Source of the DNA: Nitrospinales bacterium
GTDB taxonomy: Bacteria > Nitrospinota > Nitrospinia > Nitrospinales > VA-1
Assembly (NCBI GenBank): GCA_047610985.1
Contig: JBLFWU010000008.1
Coordinates: 7,025 to 71,024, forward strand
Direction: 5' to 3'
DNA: 64,000 bases
Part shown: piece after piece, positions 27,296 through 37,010 of the stretch
Layout: every line of letters begins with the position of its first letter
Position numbering within the stretch: the stretch's first letter is position 1
Program-made: the position numbers and the translations under genes
The notes under the pieces: generated by a model
Seen by the model: only the letters and a program-made list of their open reading frames with translations
What the model was told of the DNA's origin: nothing
Database searches by the model: none

Positions 27296-28213
27296 TTATT
27301 TATGAGATTGTAGGAAGCTTTCCATATCAAGAGGAAGGTTGGCGGAAAAAGAAAGCGAAACTCCTGAAACGGGATGATTTAATTCGAGATGGCTGGCGTG
27401 AAGAGCTTGTCTGTCCATTTTTAGCGTGCCTGAATTGGGGTTTTTACCGCCATAAAGCTTGTCGCCTATAACAGGGTGATGAAGAGATGCCAAATGAACT
27501 CTAATTTGATGCGTTCTGCCGGTTTCCGGTCGAAGTTTTAAGTAGGTCCAGCTTTTACAGCGTTGTAAGACTTCATAATGAGTGCAGGCTGGGCGACTGT
27601 GGTTTCCTCCCGTGCCCATTTTTTTACGCTGTGTTTTGTGTCTTCCTACGGGTGAGTCGATCAAACCTTTATCATTTTTTACTTTGCCTTTTACAAAGGC
27701 GAGATACTCTTTTTTTATTTCGCGGTTCTTAAATTTTACTGCGAGAACTTTATGAGCAGTTTCAGATTTTGCGATCAGCACCAACCCCGATGTCTCCTTA
27801 TCTAGTCGATGCACAATTCCCGGTCGTTCCACCCCGCCAATTCCGGAAAGGTCATTACAATGGTGGAGCAGGGCATTGACGAGGGTCCCTGCAGAATGGC
27901 CCGGTGCCGGGTGCACCACCATGCCTGCGGGTTTGTTAACCGCTAGCATATGCTCGTCTTCGAAAATAATGTCTAAAGGGATGTCTTCAGAAGTAGCGTC
28001 CAGCATCTCAAGAGGGGGTAGTTGTAATGCAACTTTTTCTCCGAGCCGCATCTTATATCCTGCTAGACGCGATTTTGCGTTCACCGTCACACAGTTTTCA
28101 TCAATCAGCTTTTTTAATCTTGAACGGCTGATTTCCTGCAGGTTTTCAGTTAGAAAAACATCGAGGCGTTTTTTAATCGAAGTCTCATTGACCTCAAACT
28201 CATAGTGTTGCAT
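27296..28213 (-). CDS. rluD: 23S rRNA pseudouridine synthase, RluD family
   Basis: S4 domain followed by the catalytic motif HRLDKETSGLVL. Start moved to ATG 28213 (MQHYEF...), preceded by GGGAG. Confidence 0.9.
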   Translation of the reverse strand: MQHYEFEVNETSIKKRLDVFLTENLQEISRSRLKKLIDENCVTVNAKSRLAGYKMRLGEKVALQLPPLEMLDATSEDIPLDIIFEDEHMLAVNKPAGMVVHPAPGHSAGTLVNALLHHCNDLSGIGGVERPGIVHRLDKETSGLVLIAKSETAHKVLAVKFKNREIKKEYLAFVKGKVKNDKGLIDSPVGRHKTQRKKMGTGGNHSRPACTHYEVLQRCKSWTYLKLRPETGRTHQIRVHLASLHHPVIGDKLYGGKNPNSGTLKMDRQALHASHLELNHPVSGVSLSFSANLPLDMESFLQSHK

Positions 28214-28328
28214 AGAACTCCCATGCCCTCTAGCGAGGGAGGTAAATAGAAAACCCCTCAATCGAGGAGCTTGTTGACAACCGTTGGATATTAAGAGTTT
28301 TGACCTTTTGAGTCCAGCGTTATGTTGG

Positions 28329-28841
28329 CTATTTTTCCAAAAGGCGGGGCATCAGCTCTACCAGATTGCAAGGCTTGTGCGTGTTATCGAGTTGATGGAC
28401 AAGGATCTGGTCCCATCCATCTTTGCAAGCCCCTGTAGAACCCGGCAAGGCGAACAGAAAAGTGCCGTTAGTCACACCCGCGGTGCAACGTGACTGTAGT
28501 GTAGAGGTTTTGATACTCTGGTAGCTGAGCATGCGAAACAATTCGCCAAATCCTGGAATGGCCTTATCATATAACTCTTCGAAGGCTTCTGGCGTTATGT
28601 CGCGACCAGTGACACCGGTTCCGCCTGTGGAAATCACGACATCTACTTCTGGACTGGCGATCCATTTCTTTAGCTGCTCCTGAACCAAATCTATTTCATC
28701 CTTGATAATCTTTTTCTCGGCCAGATGGTGTCCAGCATCCTTAATTCGGTCTACCAGCACTTGACCCGATTTGTCATCTGCTTCCGTTCTTGTATCAGAT
28801 ACGGTTAACACTGCAATATTCACACATTTTTTTTCACTCAC
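28329..28841 (-). CDS. moaB: Molybdenum cofactor biosynthesis protein B (MoaB/MogA family)
   Basis: LTVSDTR, TGGTGVTGRDITPEA, GFGELFR, PGSTGA and PCN motifs are all present; 170 aa. Confidence 0.85.
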   Translation of the reverse strand: MSEKKCVNIAVLTVSDTRTEADDKSGQVLVDRIKDAGHHLAEKKIIKDEIDLVQEQLKKWIASPEVDVVISTGGTGVTGRDITPEAFEELYDKAIPGFGELFRMLSYQSIKTSTLQSRCTAGVTNGTFLFALPGSTGACKDGWDQILVHQLDNTHKPCNLVELMPRLLEK

Positions 28842-28971
28842 AACCTGATCTCCTGTTCACAAAAAATACCTGCAGAATCCGTTTAAAAAGTACTCTGAAT
28901 TTAGGTGGATTTAATAAGGCTTTTGAAGTTAAATGTTCCCAAGTATAGCATAAGCCAAACAGGGAATAAAA

Positions 28972-29676
28972 ATGCCAACAGCAATCGTAACAGGCGGTGC
29001 CATCCGTATTGGCAAGGCCATGGCCTTACACCTTGCAGGGAAAGGGTTCAACATTGCCCTGCATTACCACAAGTCAGTGCCCTCTGCGGTGATTGAAGAA
29101 ATCAAAGCGCAGGGCGTTCAGTGTCGAAGCTACCCTTGTGATTTCTCCAACCTAGAAGAAGCAGAAGGATTCATTGAAAAAGTTCTTTCTGACTTCGATG
29201 ATGTAGAACTCCTCATAAACTCTGCGGCAAATTTCATTCAAGAAAATTTGGAAGAAACTCAAAAAGAAACTTTGACCGATACTCTGCAATTGAATCTGAT
29301 GTCCCCCTATCTATTGATGCGTGATTTCAAACGAAGCATTAATAAAGGGATGATCGTCAACATTCTCGATGAACGAGTGCGTAAACATATTTCTACTTTT
29401 GGCGCTTACTCCATTAGTAAAGTTGGATTAAAACATTTAACCGAACTGGCCGCAGTGGAATGGGGCGAAACCGTTCGCGTAAACGGCATTGCTCCGGGGC
29501 TCATTCTGCCACCTCAAGGGGGCGCGCCAGACTATCTGGAAAAAGCTGCTAAAAAAGTACCCACCCGCACTCATGGAAAAATTGAAAACCTATTGCAGGC
29601 TCTCGACTATTTAATGGAAAATCAATTCGTTAACGGGGATACCCTATTTGTTGACGGAGCAGAGAGTTTCCGCTAG
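28972..29676 (+). CDS. Short-chain dehydrogenase/reductase (pteridine reductase/FolM-like)
   Basis: TGGAIRIGKA cofactor motif, YSISK (YxxxK) catalytic motif, VRVNGIAPG. Confidence 0.75.
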   Translation: MPTAIVTGGAIRIGKAMALHLAGKGFNIALHYHKSVPSAVIEEIKAQGVQCRSYPCDFSNLEEAEGFIEKVLSDFDDVELLINSAANFIQENLEETQKETLTDTLQLNLMSPYLLMRDFKRSINKGMIVNILDERVRKHISTFGAYSISKVGLKHLTELAAVEWGETVRVNGIAPGLILPPQGGAPDYLEKAAKKVPTRTHGKIENLLQALDYLMENQFVNGDTLFVDGAESFR

Positions 29677-29770
29677 CCCCCACCCTAGGGATTATTTAGT
29701 TTCTTTGACAAAATAAAAGCTGGTACTCTTATTTAACAAGTTTTTTAAGAAATATAAAACGGAGATAAAA

Positions 29771-30118
29771 ATGAAAAAGATGTTTATTGCGATTCCATTG
29801 GTCCTGATGGGAATGTTTTTTGCTTCGACCGCTCTGGCCCATGACGATGAACATGGAAAGGGTGGCCAAGGTATGTACGAAGAGGGTAGCGGAGGATCAG
29901 CTATGGAAATGGATCGTAAATCCCGTGCGATGTCTCATGAATATAAAGAAGATCATGGCGGCGGGGATCATTCTAAAGAACATTATGAAAAGAAGTACGG
30001 TAAGTACGAGCATGAAAAAAAGGACCACATGAAAGAAGAGGGCAGTAGTATGAAAGACGAAGCCATGAAGATGAAAGAAATGGAACAAAAACGCATGGAT
30101 GAAGGAAGCAAAATGTAA
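29771..30118 (+). CDS. Secreted His/Met/Glu/Lys-rich low-complexity protein (putative periplasmic metal-binding protein)
   Basis: Signal peptide ending ALAHDDEH. The mature part is dominated by H, M, E, K, G and D (HEYKEDHGGGDHSKEHYEKKYGKYEHEKKDHMKEEGSSMKDEAMKMKEME). GGAG RBS upstream and a terminator downstream. Confidence 0.6.
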   Translation: MKKMFIAIPLVLMGMFFASTALAHDDEHGKGGQGMYEEGSGGSAMEMDRKSRAMSHEYKEDHGGGDHSKEHYEKKYGKYEHEKKDHMKEEGSSMKDEAMKMKEMEQKRMDEGSKM

Positions 30119-30207
30119 CCCACTAACGTGGGAGGCTATAGGTCAGGACGTTTGGTGGCGAAACTGAATCTATAAGCTTCTGGGGAAATCGATTGTGAAA
30201 ATATAAG

Positions 30208-30236
30208 CCCTCTCCTGTTTAGGAGGGGGTTTTTTA
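30208..30236 (+). terminator. Rho-independent terminator after the His-rich gene
   Basis: Stem ccctctcct / aggaggggg with loop gttt, followed by a T-run at 30230-30235. Confidence 0.75.
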
Positions 30237-30331
30237 TTGCCTCCAGTTTGCCATGCCGAGCCGTCACTCTGGGCTTGTCGACGGGTGAAGCACCTGAAGT
30301 TACCTTTAATCTCCCCCCTGATAAGGGGGAT

Positions 30332-30668
30332 TGAGGGGGGTTCCTGATAAATGTTGTTTACAACTATTTGGAAATATTTTTGGGAGTTGGGAACATTGTG
30401 ATGAAAACTAAGTCATTCTTATAAAAAACGTGGCTTCACTTCTAGAGTTTTTTGGGTGTTTTATGCCCAAGAGGTATAAGGAGGAAGCCTTGGGAGATAT
30501 ATATGAAACTCTCAAGGAAATGAATTCGAATGAGTGTTCAAAATTTACCGTTAAGCATGTTTCATCATTCAAAATAGTTTGTTTGATTTTAAGTGCCTTG
30601 CGAATTCGCTGGAGTGATTTTGTGGATTCTGAAAAAGAGCGCAATAGGTAAAAAGGCAACCCCCCTCA
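30332..30668. repeat. 337-bp segment bounded by an 11-bp perfect inverted repeat (tgaggggggtt / aacccccctca)
   Basis: IR arms at 30332-30342 and 30658-30668. They enclose one small ORF (30430-30651). A G/C hairpin at 30312-30330 lies just outside. Confidence 0.4.
30430..30651 (+). CDS. Hypothetical small protein with C-terminal hydrophobic helix (weak call)
   Basis: 73 aa from GTG, or 62 aa from ATG 30463 (MPKRYKEEALGDIYETLKEM...). No clear RBS. An equally long antisense ORF exists (30408-30659). Confidence 0.3.
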   Translation: MASLLEFFGCFMPKRYKEEALGDIYETLKEMNSNECSKFTVKHVSSFKIVCLILSALRIRWSDFVDSEKERNR

Positions 30669-30717
30669 GTCCCTCTTGTTAGGGTGGAGGTCGCAGCTTC
30701 CTCATCCGTGGTTAACT

Positions 30718-31407
30718 TTATTTTTTATATTTGATAGGGTCTTCAAAGCCTGCATCGTTAAAGCCTTTCAAACGCAAAAGGCAACTGTCGCAACTGCCGC
30801 AAGAGGCACCGTCGTCTGTGGGGCTGTAACAACTGTGGGTCAGCGAATAATCAACGCCTAATTCCAACCCTTTGAGTATAATCTCGGCTTTTGTAAGTTT
30901 TATCAACGGAGTATGAATTTTTAATTTTTCTTTTCCTTCCACTCCGGCTTTGGTGGCGAGGTTTGCAAGTTTTTCAAATGCGGCAATGAATTCGGGGCGA
31001 CAATCGGGATAACCGCTATAGTCCACCGCGTTGACTCCCAAAAAAATGTTCTGCGCATTTTTTACTTCTGCGTACGCTAGGCAAAAGGAAAGAAAAATAG
31101 TGTTGCGAGCAGGAACATAGGTGATGGGAATTTCTGCGCTCATTTCTTTTTCATCACGATGCATTGGAACGTCGATAGAATCGGTCAGCGCCGATCCGCC
31201 AAATTGTCGCAGGTCAATGGTCATGATCTGATGATCAATAACGGCGAATTTTTGCGCAATTTCTCTGGCTCGGTCGAGTTCTACCCTATGCCTTTGTCCG
31301 TAATCGAAACTGAGGGCGTAGACTTCAAATCCTTCTTTTTGTGCTATTGCCAGAGTTGTGGTGGAGTCTAACCCTCCACTTAGAAGCACTATAGCGTTGT
31401 TTTTCAT
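30718..31407 (-). CDS. queC: 7-cyano-7-deazaguanine synthase
   Basis: PP-loop [11 protein letters not shown] and C-terminal zinc cysteines CYSP...CGSCDSC; 229 aa. Confidence 0.9.
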   Translation of the reverse strand: MKNNAIVLLSGGLDSTTTLAIAQKEGFEVYALSFDYGQRHRVELDRAREIAQKFAVIDHQIMTIDLRQFGGSALTDSIDVPMHRDEKEMSAEIPITYVPARNTIFLSFCLAYAEVKNAQNIFLGVNAVDYSGYPDCRPEFIAAFEKLANLATKAGVEGKEKLKIHTPLIKLTKAEIILKGLELGVDYSLTHSCYSPTDDGASCGSCDSCLLRLKGFNDAGFEDPIKYKK

Positions 31408-31537
31408 GGGTTAAGGGGTATAGGTGTCGGTAAATGTATTTTAAATATTGCCAGCATCGGGGGGTTATTATATACTAACTTATTTACAATAAAGCCAAAT
31501 ATTCCCCTGAATTTTTAAGGGTTTAAGCAAATTTTTC

Positions 31538-32875
31538 ATGTTTGAAAATTTATCGGATCGCCTCGAGCGAATCTACAAAAAATTAAAAGGCCGCGGCATA
31601 TTAAAAGAGGCTGATGTCGATGAAGCGTTGCGCGAAATTCGTGTTGCGTTGATCGAAGCTGATGTAAGTCTGCCGGTGATAAAAGATTTCCTTGCCCCGG
31701 TGCGTGAAAAAGCCGTAGGTCAAGAGGTATTGAAAAGTCTGACTCCTGGTCACCAGATGGTTAAAATTGTTAATGATGAATTAACGATTTTAATAGGAGA
31801 TGCATTTACGGATATTCAGTTTGCTGCGAAACCCCCGACTATAATTTTGATGGCCGGATTGCAAGGGTCGGGTAAAACCACTACCGTTGGTAAGCTGGCG
31901 AAACGATTTAAGGAAAAGGGTAAAAACTGTCTTTTGGTTCCTGCCGATGTTTATCGTCCGGCGGCAATCGAGCAGTTGCATGTTCTGGGTCGCGAGCTTG
32001 GTGTTGCAGTCTATGATGGCGGTGATGAAAAAGATCCGATTGCTATCTGTAAAAAGGCTCTGGATGAAGCGATCAACAAGATGAGCCAAGTCGTCATCAT
32101 TGATACTGCGGGTCGTCAGCAGGTCGATGATGATTTGATGGACGAGTTGAAGCGCATCAAAGAAACGGTGCAACCTCACGAAGTGTTGTTTGTTGCCGAC
32201 GCAATGATGGGCCAGCAGGCCGCAGAAATCGCAAAAACGTTTAACGATGCGGTTGGTATAGATGGCGTCGTTTTGACAAAAATGGATGGCGATGCACGAG
32301 GTGGTGCCGCACTTTCTATTAAGTCTATTACTGGAAAACCCATTCGTTTTGTCGGTATGGGAGAAAAACTGGATGCTCTCGAACCGTTTCATCCGGATCG
32401 GATTGTTTCCCGTATCCTCGGTATGGGCGATGTCATGTCGCTGGTCGAGAAGGCGGAAGAGAATTTTGAAAAGGAAGAGCAGGAGGAGTTACAAAAAAAG
32501 TTCAAGGCCAACTCCTTTACTCTTGAAGATTTTCGTGACCAGTTAAAGCAAGTTCAGAAAATGGGTTCCATGGAACAGTTGATGGGTATGATACCGGGTG
32601 CTGGAAAATTGAAAGGGCTCAAGGTAGACAACAACGCTTTTGTGCAGATCGAAGCCATTATCAATTCGATGACGCCGAGAGAAAGGGCCAAGCATAATAT
32701 TATCAACGCAAGCCGCAAGCGTAGGATTGCTCAGGGCAGTGGAACGCGGGTGAATGATATTAATAAATTGTTAAAACAGTTTGCGCAGATGCAAAAGATG
32801 ATGAAAAAAGTTTCACGAGGTGGCGGGCTAAACTTTGGCAGCCTCATGGGTGGTGGCGGCTTTATGGGTCGTTAG
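31538..32875 (+). CDS. ffh: Signal recognition particle protein Ffh
   Basis: N and G domains ([27 protein letters not shown]) and a Met-rich M domain ([13 protein letters not shown]...MQKMMKK). Confidence 0.95.
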   Translation: MFENLSDRLERIYKKLKGRGILKEADVDEALREIRVALIEADVSLPVIKDFLAPVREKAVGQEVLKSLTPGHQMVKIVNDELTILIGDAFTDIQFAAKPPTIILMAGLQGSGKTTTVGKLAKRFKEKGKNCLLVPADVYRPAAIEQLHVLGRELGVAVYDGGDEKDPIAICKKALDEAINKMSQVVIIDTAGRQQVDDDLMDELKRIKETVQPHEVLFVADAMMGQQAAEIAKTFNDAVGIDGVVLTKMDGDARGGAALSIKSITGKPIRFVGMGEKLDALEPFHPDRIVSRILGMGDVMSLVEKAEENFEKEEQEELQKKFKANSFTLEDFRDQLKQVQKMGSMEQLMGMIPGAGKLKGLKVDNNAFVQIEAIINSMTPRERAKHNIINASRKRRIAQGSGTRVNDINKLLKQFAQMQKMMKKVSRGGGLNFGSLMGGGGFMGR

Positions 32876-32948
32876 CGAAGAAATAATTTTATTTTACAGG
32901 AGTCTTCCCCAAATTTCGGGGAGGCCGTTTTTCACGAAGGAGAAAACA

Positions 32949-33194
32949 TTGGCAGTAGTAATTAGATTGACTCGACGAGGAGCAAAAAAGAAACCCTTTT
33001 ATCGAATTGTGGCGGCAGACTCCAGAATGCCGAGAGACGGTCGGTTTCTCGAAATTTTGGGAACGTATGATCCCATGGTGGAAGAGAATGGTTTTAAGGT
33101 GGACGCAGATAAAGCTATGGCATGGATTAAGAAAGGTGCAAAACCCAGTAAAACAGTTGGTTCTTTGTTCAAGAAGGCCGGGGTCGGCGCTTAG
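32949..33194 (+). CDS. rpsP: 30S ribosomal protein S16
   Basis: Start moved to TTG 32949 (M)[25 protein letters not shown], with AAGGAG 7 nt upstream. The ORF-track N-terminal extension has no S16 similarity. Confidence 0.9.
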   Translation: MAVVIRLTRRGAKKKPFYRIVAADSRMPRDGRFLEILGTYDPMVEENGFKVDADKAMAWIKKGAKPSKTVGSLFKKAGVGA

Positions 33195-33428
33195 TGTTGA
33201 CATCACTTCGTCAGATTTAATAGAAACACATAAAGCTAATTCGTAGGTTTAAATTCATGTTGTTTTGGTAGTTCTTCCTTTGCCCGGCTTCTATGTCTGG
33301 ATTTTAGGTTTAAGTAAGTTCTATATCTCTTGTTGCACAAAACCACAATTCGCAGAAGCGGATAATTAGTTTTGGTTCGTAAGGCCTTCACATAAGAGGA
33401 AGTTTTTTTGCGAACAAAGGAGAGTGGC

Positions 33429-33659
33429 ATGAAAGAGCTCATATTGATGATTGCGAAATCGCTGGTAGATAAGCCTGATGAGGTGGAAGTTGCAGAAGTG
33501 AAAGGTGACAAGACAACGGTTCTGGAGTTGAAAGTCGCCAAAGAAGACCTGGGGAAAGTGATTGGTAAGCAGGGGAAAACTGCCCACGCCATCCGCACTA
33601 TTTTGAACGCAACGGCGACCAAGTTGAAACAGCGGGCTGTGCTAGAAATTCTTGAATAA
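33429..33659 (+). CDS. KH-domain RNA-binding protein (YlqC/UPF0109 family)
   Basis: [19 protein letters not shown]...[16 protein letters not shown] (GxxG KH motif). Conserved position between rpsP and rimM. ATG 33429 is preceded by AAGGAG. Confidence 0.8.
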   Translation: MKELILMIAKSLVDKPDEVEVAEVKGDKTTVLELKVAKEDLGKVIGKQGKTAHAIRTILNATATKLKQRAVLEILE

Positions 33660-33661
33660 AT

Positions 33662-34165
33662 ATGGACTGGATTCCGGTAGGTAGAGTAACTCGCACTCAT
33701 GGTTTGAAAGGGGAATTGAAATTTTTCCCTTCCGACCTGGATGACCTTGTCGTACAAAACGATCAACAGATTCGTTTGGGTGAAACGACATTCAAGATTA
33801 AGTCTGTTCGTGGTGCCAAGTCGCCTTTTATTGTTAAGTTTGATGGTATTGACAGCATCGAAGCCGCGCAAAGTTTGAAAGGTCAGGAAGTTCTGGTCGC
33901 TAGAGAAGATCTTGAGTCGTTGCCCGAGGGCGAATATTATCGCTTCGAGATTGAAGGGCTAAAAGCATTTGATGATACCGGGAAATATTACGGTGTGATA
34001 GAAGACATCATAGCGACCGGAAGTAACGATGTTTATGTGGTGCGTGAGGATGGTAAAGAATGGTTGGTTCCTATGATCGATTCGGTGGTGCAAAGTGTCG
34101 ATCTGGAACAAGGTAAACTTATATTTCATTGTGTTGAGGGATTGTTTGACGACACTCCGGTTTGA
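33662..34165 (+). CDS. rimM: 16S rRNA processing protein RimM
   Basis: [16 protein letters not shown]-terminus and a PRC-barrel C-terminus; rpsP-rimM-trmD-rplS synteny. Confidence 0.9.
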   Translation: MDWIPVGRVTRTHGLKGELKFFPSDLDDLVVQNDQQIRLGETTFKIKSVRGAKSPFIVKFDGIDSIEAAQSLKGQEVLVAREDLESLPEGEYYRFEIEGLKAFDDTGKYYGVIEDIIATGSNDVYVVREDGKEWLVPMIDSVVQSVDLEQGKLIFHCVEGLFDDTPV

Positions 34166-34847
34166 CATTGTCAGTATTTTTCCAGGGATGTTTGAGTCCC
34201 CTTTCGGCGATAGCATTATTGAACGTGCCCGCGAAAAAGGTTTGCTGGATATACGGGTTCACGATCTGCGCGATTATACGCTGAACAAACACCGGAAGGT
34301 GGATGACGCGCCCTTCGGCGGTGGCGTAGGCATGGTGATGAATGTAGAACCCATTGACCGGGCCCTGGAGTCGATAAAGAAAGAGGTGCCGAAAGCCAGA
34401 ACGATTTTGCTTTCGCCGGGTGGCAGACCTTTCAATCAGGAAAAAGCCAGCGAGTTGTCTCATGAGGAAAGTTTAATCCTGATTTGCGGTCGTTACGAAG
34501 GCATTGATGATCGGGTAAGATTGCATTTTGCCGATGAGGAAATTTCCATCGGTGATTATGTTCTGACAGGTGGAGAACTTCCGGCAATGGTTCTGGTTGA
34601 AGCGGTTTCCCGGTTAATTCCTGGTGTTTTAGGAGACTCAGCATCCATTATTGAAGAGTCTTTCTCTGAGGGAATGTTGGAATATCCGCAGTATACGCGG
34701 CCGAGAGATTATAAAGGATTCAAGGTTCCGGATGTTCTGGTCTCCGGTGATCCTAAAAAAATTCGTGCATGGCAAAAAGCTGAGGCATTGAAAAAAACAG
34801 AAAGCGTTCGTCCCGACCTGTTAGAAAAAATAAAACGGTCGAATTAG
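34146..34847 (+). CDS. trmD: tRNA (guanine37-N1)-methyltransferase TrmD
   Basis: [12 protein letters not shown] start region, GGGVGMVM and [10 protein letters not shown] motifs. Start assigned to in-frame TTG 34146, overlapping the rimM end; the ORF-track start at 34095 adds a non-homologous extension. Confidence 0.9.
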   Translation: MTTLRFDIVSIFPGMFESPFGDSIIERAREKGLLDIRVHDLRDYTLNKHRKVDDAPFGGGVGMVMNVEPIDRALESIKKEVPKARTILLSPGGRPFNQEKASELSHEESLILICGRYEGIDDRVRLHFADEEISIGDYVLTGGELPAMVLVEAVSRLIPGVLGDSASIIEESFSEGMLEYPQYTRPRDYKGFKVPDVLVSGDPKKIRAWQKAEALKKTESVRPDLLEKIKRSN

Positions 34848-34868
34848 AAAATAGAATTTACAAATAGG

Positions 34869-35462
34869 TTGGCATTGACAGAGGTATCGAAAGCAAATAT
34901 TCATCTGGCATTGGTTCATTTTCCTGTTTATAACAAATCTGGGGAAGTGGTCGTCTCATCCGTAACAACTTTGGATGTTCACGATATATCACGTGTTTGC
35001 AGAACTTATGGGGTGGGAACATTTTACGTTATCACACCACTGAAAACACAGGAGGAGTTGGTGGAACGGTTGGTAGGCCATTGGTTGAAAGGCCATGGCG
35101 CAGAATACAACCCTACCCGCAAAGAAGCGTTGTTGAAAACAGTTGTTAAAAAAAACCTAGATGATGTGGTTAAAGAAATTACCGAACAAAGTGGCAAGAA
35201 ACCCCGCATTGTTGTGACAGGAGCAAAAGAAGCACCCAAAAGTATTGGTTACACGGCGTTAAAAAATGAATTGAAACAGGGAGATCCGACTCTACTGGTT
35301 TTTGGTACGGGGTGGGGGTTGGAAAAAAATCTGGTTCAAAATGCAGATCATGCCTTGTTGCCGATTGAAGGCGTTAACGGATTCAACCATCTGCCAGTTC
35401 GCGGTGCCATTGCGATCATTCTTGATCGTTTGTTAGGCCACCGGGAAACACCGGTAGATTAA
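34869..35462 (+). CDS. Predicted SAM-dependent RNA methyltransferase (Methyltrn_RNA_4/PF09936-like) inserted between trmD and rplS
   Basis: 197 aa with LALVHFPVYNK...TTLDVHDISR...FGTGWGL pattern. The family assignment is from memory and the TTG start is tentative. Confidence 0.55.
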   Translation: MALTEVSKANIHLALVHFPVYNKSGEVVVSSVTTLDVHDISRVCRTYGVGTFYVITPLKTQEELVERLVGHWLKGHGAEYNPTRKEALLKTVVKKNLDDVVKEITEQSGKKPRIVVTGAKEAPKSIGYTALKNELKQGDPTLLVFGTGWGLEKNLVQNADHALLPIEGVNGFNHLPVRGAIAIILDRLLGHRETPVD

Positions 35463-35513
35463 TGAAAAGTTTTTAAATAAAGATAATTGAGCACAATCTT
35501 AGGAGAGAGGTAA

Positions 35514-35939
35514 ATGAATTTAGTAGATCAAGTTGAAGCTAAGGAAATGAAAAAAGAAGTCACCGATGTTCATATCGGCGACACCGTCAAAGTGCATATG
35601 CGCATTGTTGAGGGTGAAAAAGAACGTATTCAGATGATCGAAGGTGTGGTCATTAAGATGCGTGGTGGTGGAGCACGAAAGACTCTGACAGTCAGAAAAA
35701 TTTCATTCGGCATTGGTGTCGAGCGTATTTTTCCGTTTCATTCTCCCCGAGTCGAAAAAATTGAGGTTGTCAAACGCGCAAAAATCCGTCAGGCCAAGTT
35801 GTATTATTTGAGAGAACTGCGTGGTAAGGCTGCAAGACTTAAAGAGCTCAAGCCTGTTCGGCCTACAACAAAAGCCAAGAAAACTCCAAAACGAGGCAAA
35901 AAAGCCAAAGCTGCTAAAGCTGCTAAAGCTTCTTCCTAA
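35514..35939 (+). CDS. rplS: 50S ribosomal protein L19 with Lys/Ala-rich C-terminal extension
   Basis: [27 protein letters not shown] and [18 protein letters not shown] core; an extra tail of about 28 aa ([22 protein letters not shown]). Confidence 0.9.
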   Translation: MNLVDQVEAKEMKKEVTDVHIGDTVKVHMRIVEGEKERIQMIEGVVIKMRGGGARKTLTVRKISFGIGVERIFPFHSPRVEKIEVVKRAKIRQAKLYYLRELRGKAARLKELKPVRPTTKAKKTPKRGKKAKAAKAAKASS

Positions 35940-36053
35940 TTGGGCTCCTGCCTAATGGGGATATTTTCTGTTGTTATCTTTATTTGTTTCTTCCCCTTTT
36001 AAAGGGGGCTGGAGCAAAGGCTATTTCTGGAAATAGATCTATTACTTCTCCCG

Positions 36054-36920
36054 TCAGGGAGTGAGGGCTTCTACGGATACGCCGGGAACGGGTTGAGGTT
36101 TAGCGGGGGATGGCCCTGGTTTTGGTAAATTAAATGTTTGCCCGAGTCCGTGCTTCATTTTTACATTCTGGTAGTCGTATTTTGCACGCGCGAGATAATT
36201 CCTGAGTCCCTGCATCCGTGTTGCATCCGCAGGGTGAGTGGAAGACCATTCCGGTGGGGCTTTGCCTCCTTTTACCTGGCTGAATCGCTGCCAGAACTGG
36301 AGTGCTTCATTCGGATCGTAACCCGCCCTTGCCATATAGAGTAGACCTATCTGATCTGCTTCGCTTTCGTGAGAACGACTGAACGGCAAAGTAACCCCAT
36401 AAAGAACACCGACGCCAAGAGCAGAAAGAATAATATTTCTTTGCGTATTATTTTTCATACTGAAGCCAGCCCCGATCATTGCCCCTTGTAATAACATTTG
36501 CTGTGTCATTCGCTGTGCCCCGTGGCGAGCTATGACATGTGCAATTTCATGGCTCATTATAGTAGCCAGCCCTGCTTCATTTTTTGCAACCGCAAGAAGA
36601 CCTGTGTAGATTGCCACTTTTCCACCCGGTAAGGCGAAGGCATTTTTCTTTTCCGATTCGATCAACTTGAATTCCCATTCCAGTTTGGGCATGTCACTCA
36701 CGGCAACAATTTGCTGTCCCACTCTGCTGACAATTTGATTCAACTGCTCATCTTCTGATTCCTTTTCCTCTTTTAATATTTGATCGTATGATTGTTTCCC
36801 TAATGAAATTTCCTGCGACTTGGGAATAAGAATCAAAGCCGATCTGTTGGAAATAGGTGTCGTGGCGCAAGCGGTTATAGTAAAGACCGTCAAAATGATG
36901 AAAAGAAAATATTTTTGCAT
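36054..36920 (-). CDS. M48 family zinc metalloprotease (lipoprotein)
   Basis: HEIAHVIARH (HExxH) and downstream ESEADQIG; N-terminal lipobox-like TITAC. Confidence 0.85.
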   Translation of the reverse strand: MQKYFLFIILTVFTITACATTPISNRSALILIPKSQEISLGKQSYDQILKEEKESEDEQLNQIVSRVGQQIVAVSDMPKLEWEFKLIESEKKNAFALPGGKVAIYTGLLAVAKNEAGLATIMSHEIAHVIARHGAQRMTQQMLLQGAMIGAGFSMKNNTQRNIILSALGVGVLYGVTLPFSRSHESEADQIGLLYMARAGYDPNEALQFWQRFSQVKGGKAPPEWSSTHPADATRMQGLRNYLARAKYDYQNVKMKHGLGQTFNLPKPGPSPAKPQPVPGVSVEALTP

Positions 36921-36952
36921 AGGTTAATTATAAAAGCCTCTATGCTTTATTT

Positions 36953-36978
36953 CAACCCACCCTTTTAGGGGTGGGTTG
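36953..36978. other. Perfect 10-bp-stem GC-rich hairpin in the divergent M48/rnhB intergenic region
   Basis: caacccaccc (36953-36962) pairs with gggtgggttg (36969-36978), loop ttttag. No T-run on either strand. Confidence 0.6.
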
Positions 36979-37010
36979 CTTGCTGGTTTGGGATACATTA
37001 TGCTTTGGCA

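Noticed and set aside
31408-31537. A preQ1 riboswitch upstream of queC (and likewise upstream of queE)
   Set aside because: I could not find the conserved preQ1-I or preQ1-II core (for example the ...CCCUCUAUAAAAAACUAA-type tail) on the minus strand of this spacer.
31790-33871. Long antisense ORFs (31790-32392, 32889-33206, 33236-33871) opposite ffh, rpsP, the KH gene and rimM
   Set aside because: They overlap highly conserved, motif-verified plus-strand genes and show no recognisable motifs. They are shadow ORFs. The same reasoning applies to 46972-47484, 60117-60500 and the many shorter antisense entries.
35993-36036. Palindromes ccccttttaaagggg and ctatttctggaaatag between convergent rplS and the M48 gene, as bidirectional terminators
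   Set aside because: The hairpins are real, but neither is followed by a U-run on either strand. They are not called as intrinsic terminators and may be REP-like or Rho-dependent termination-region structures.
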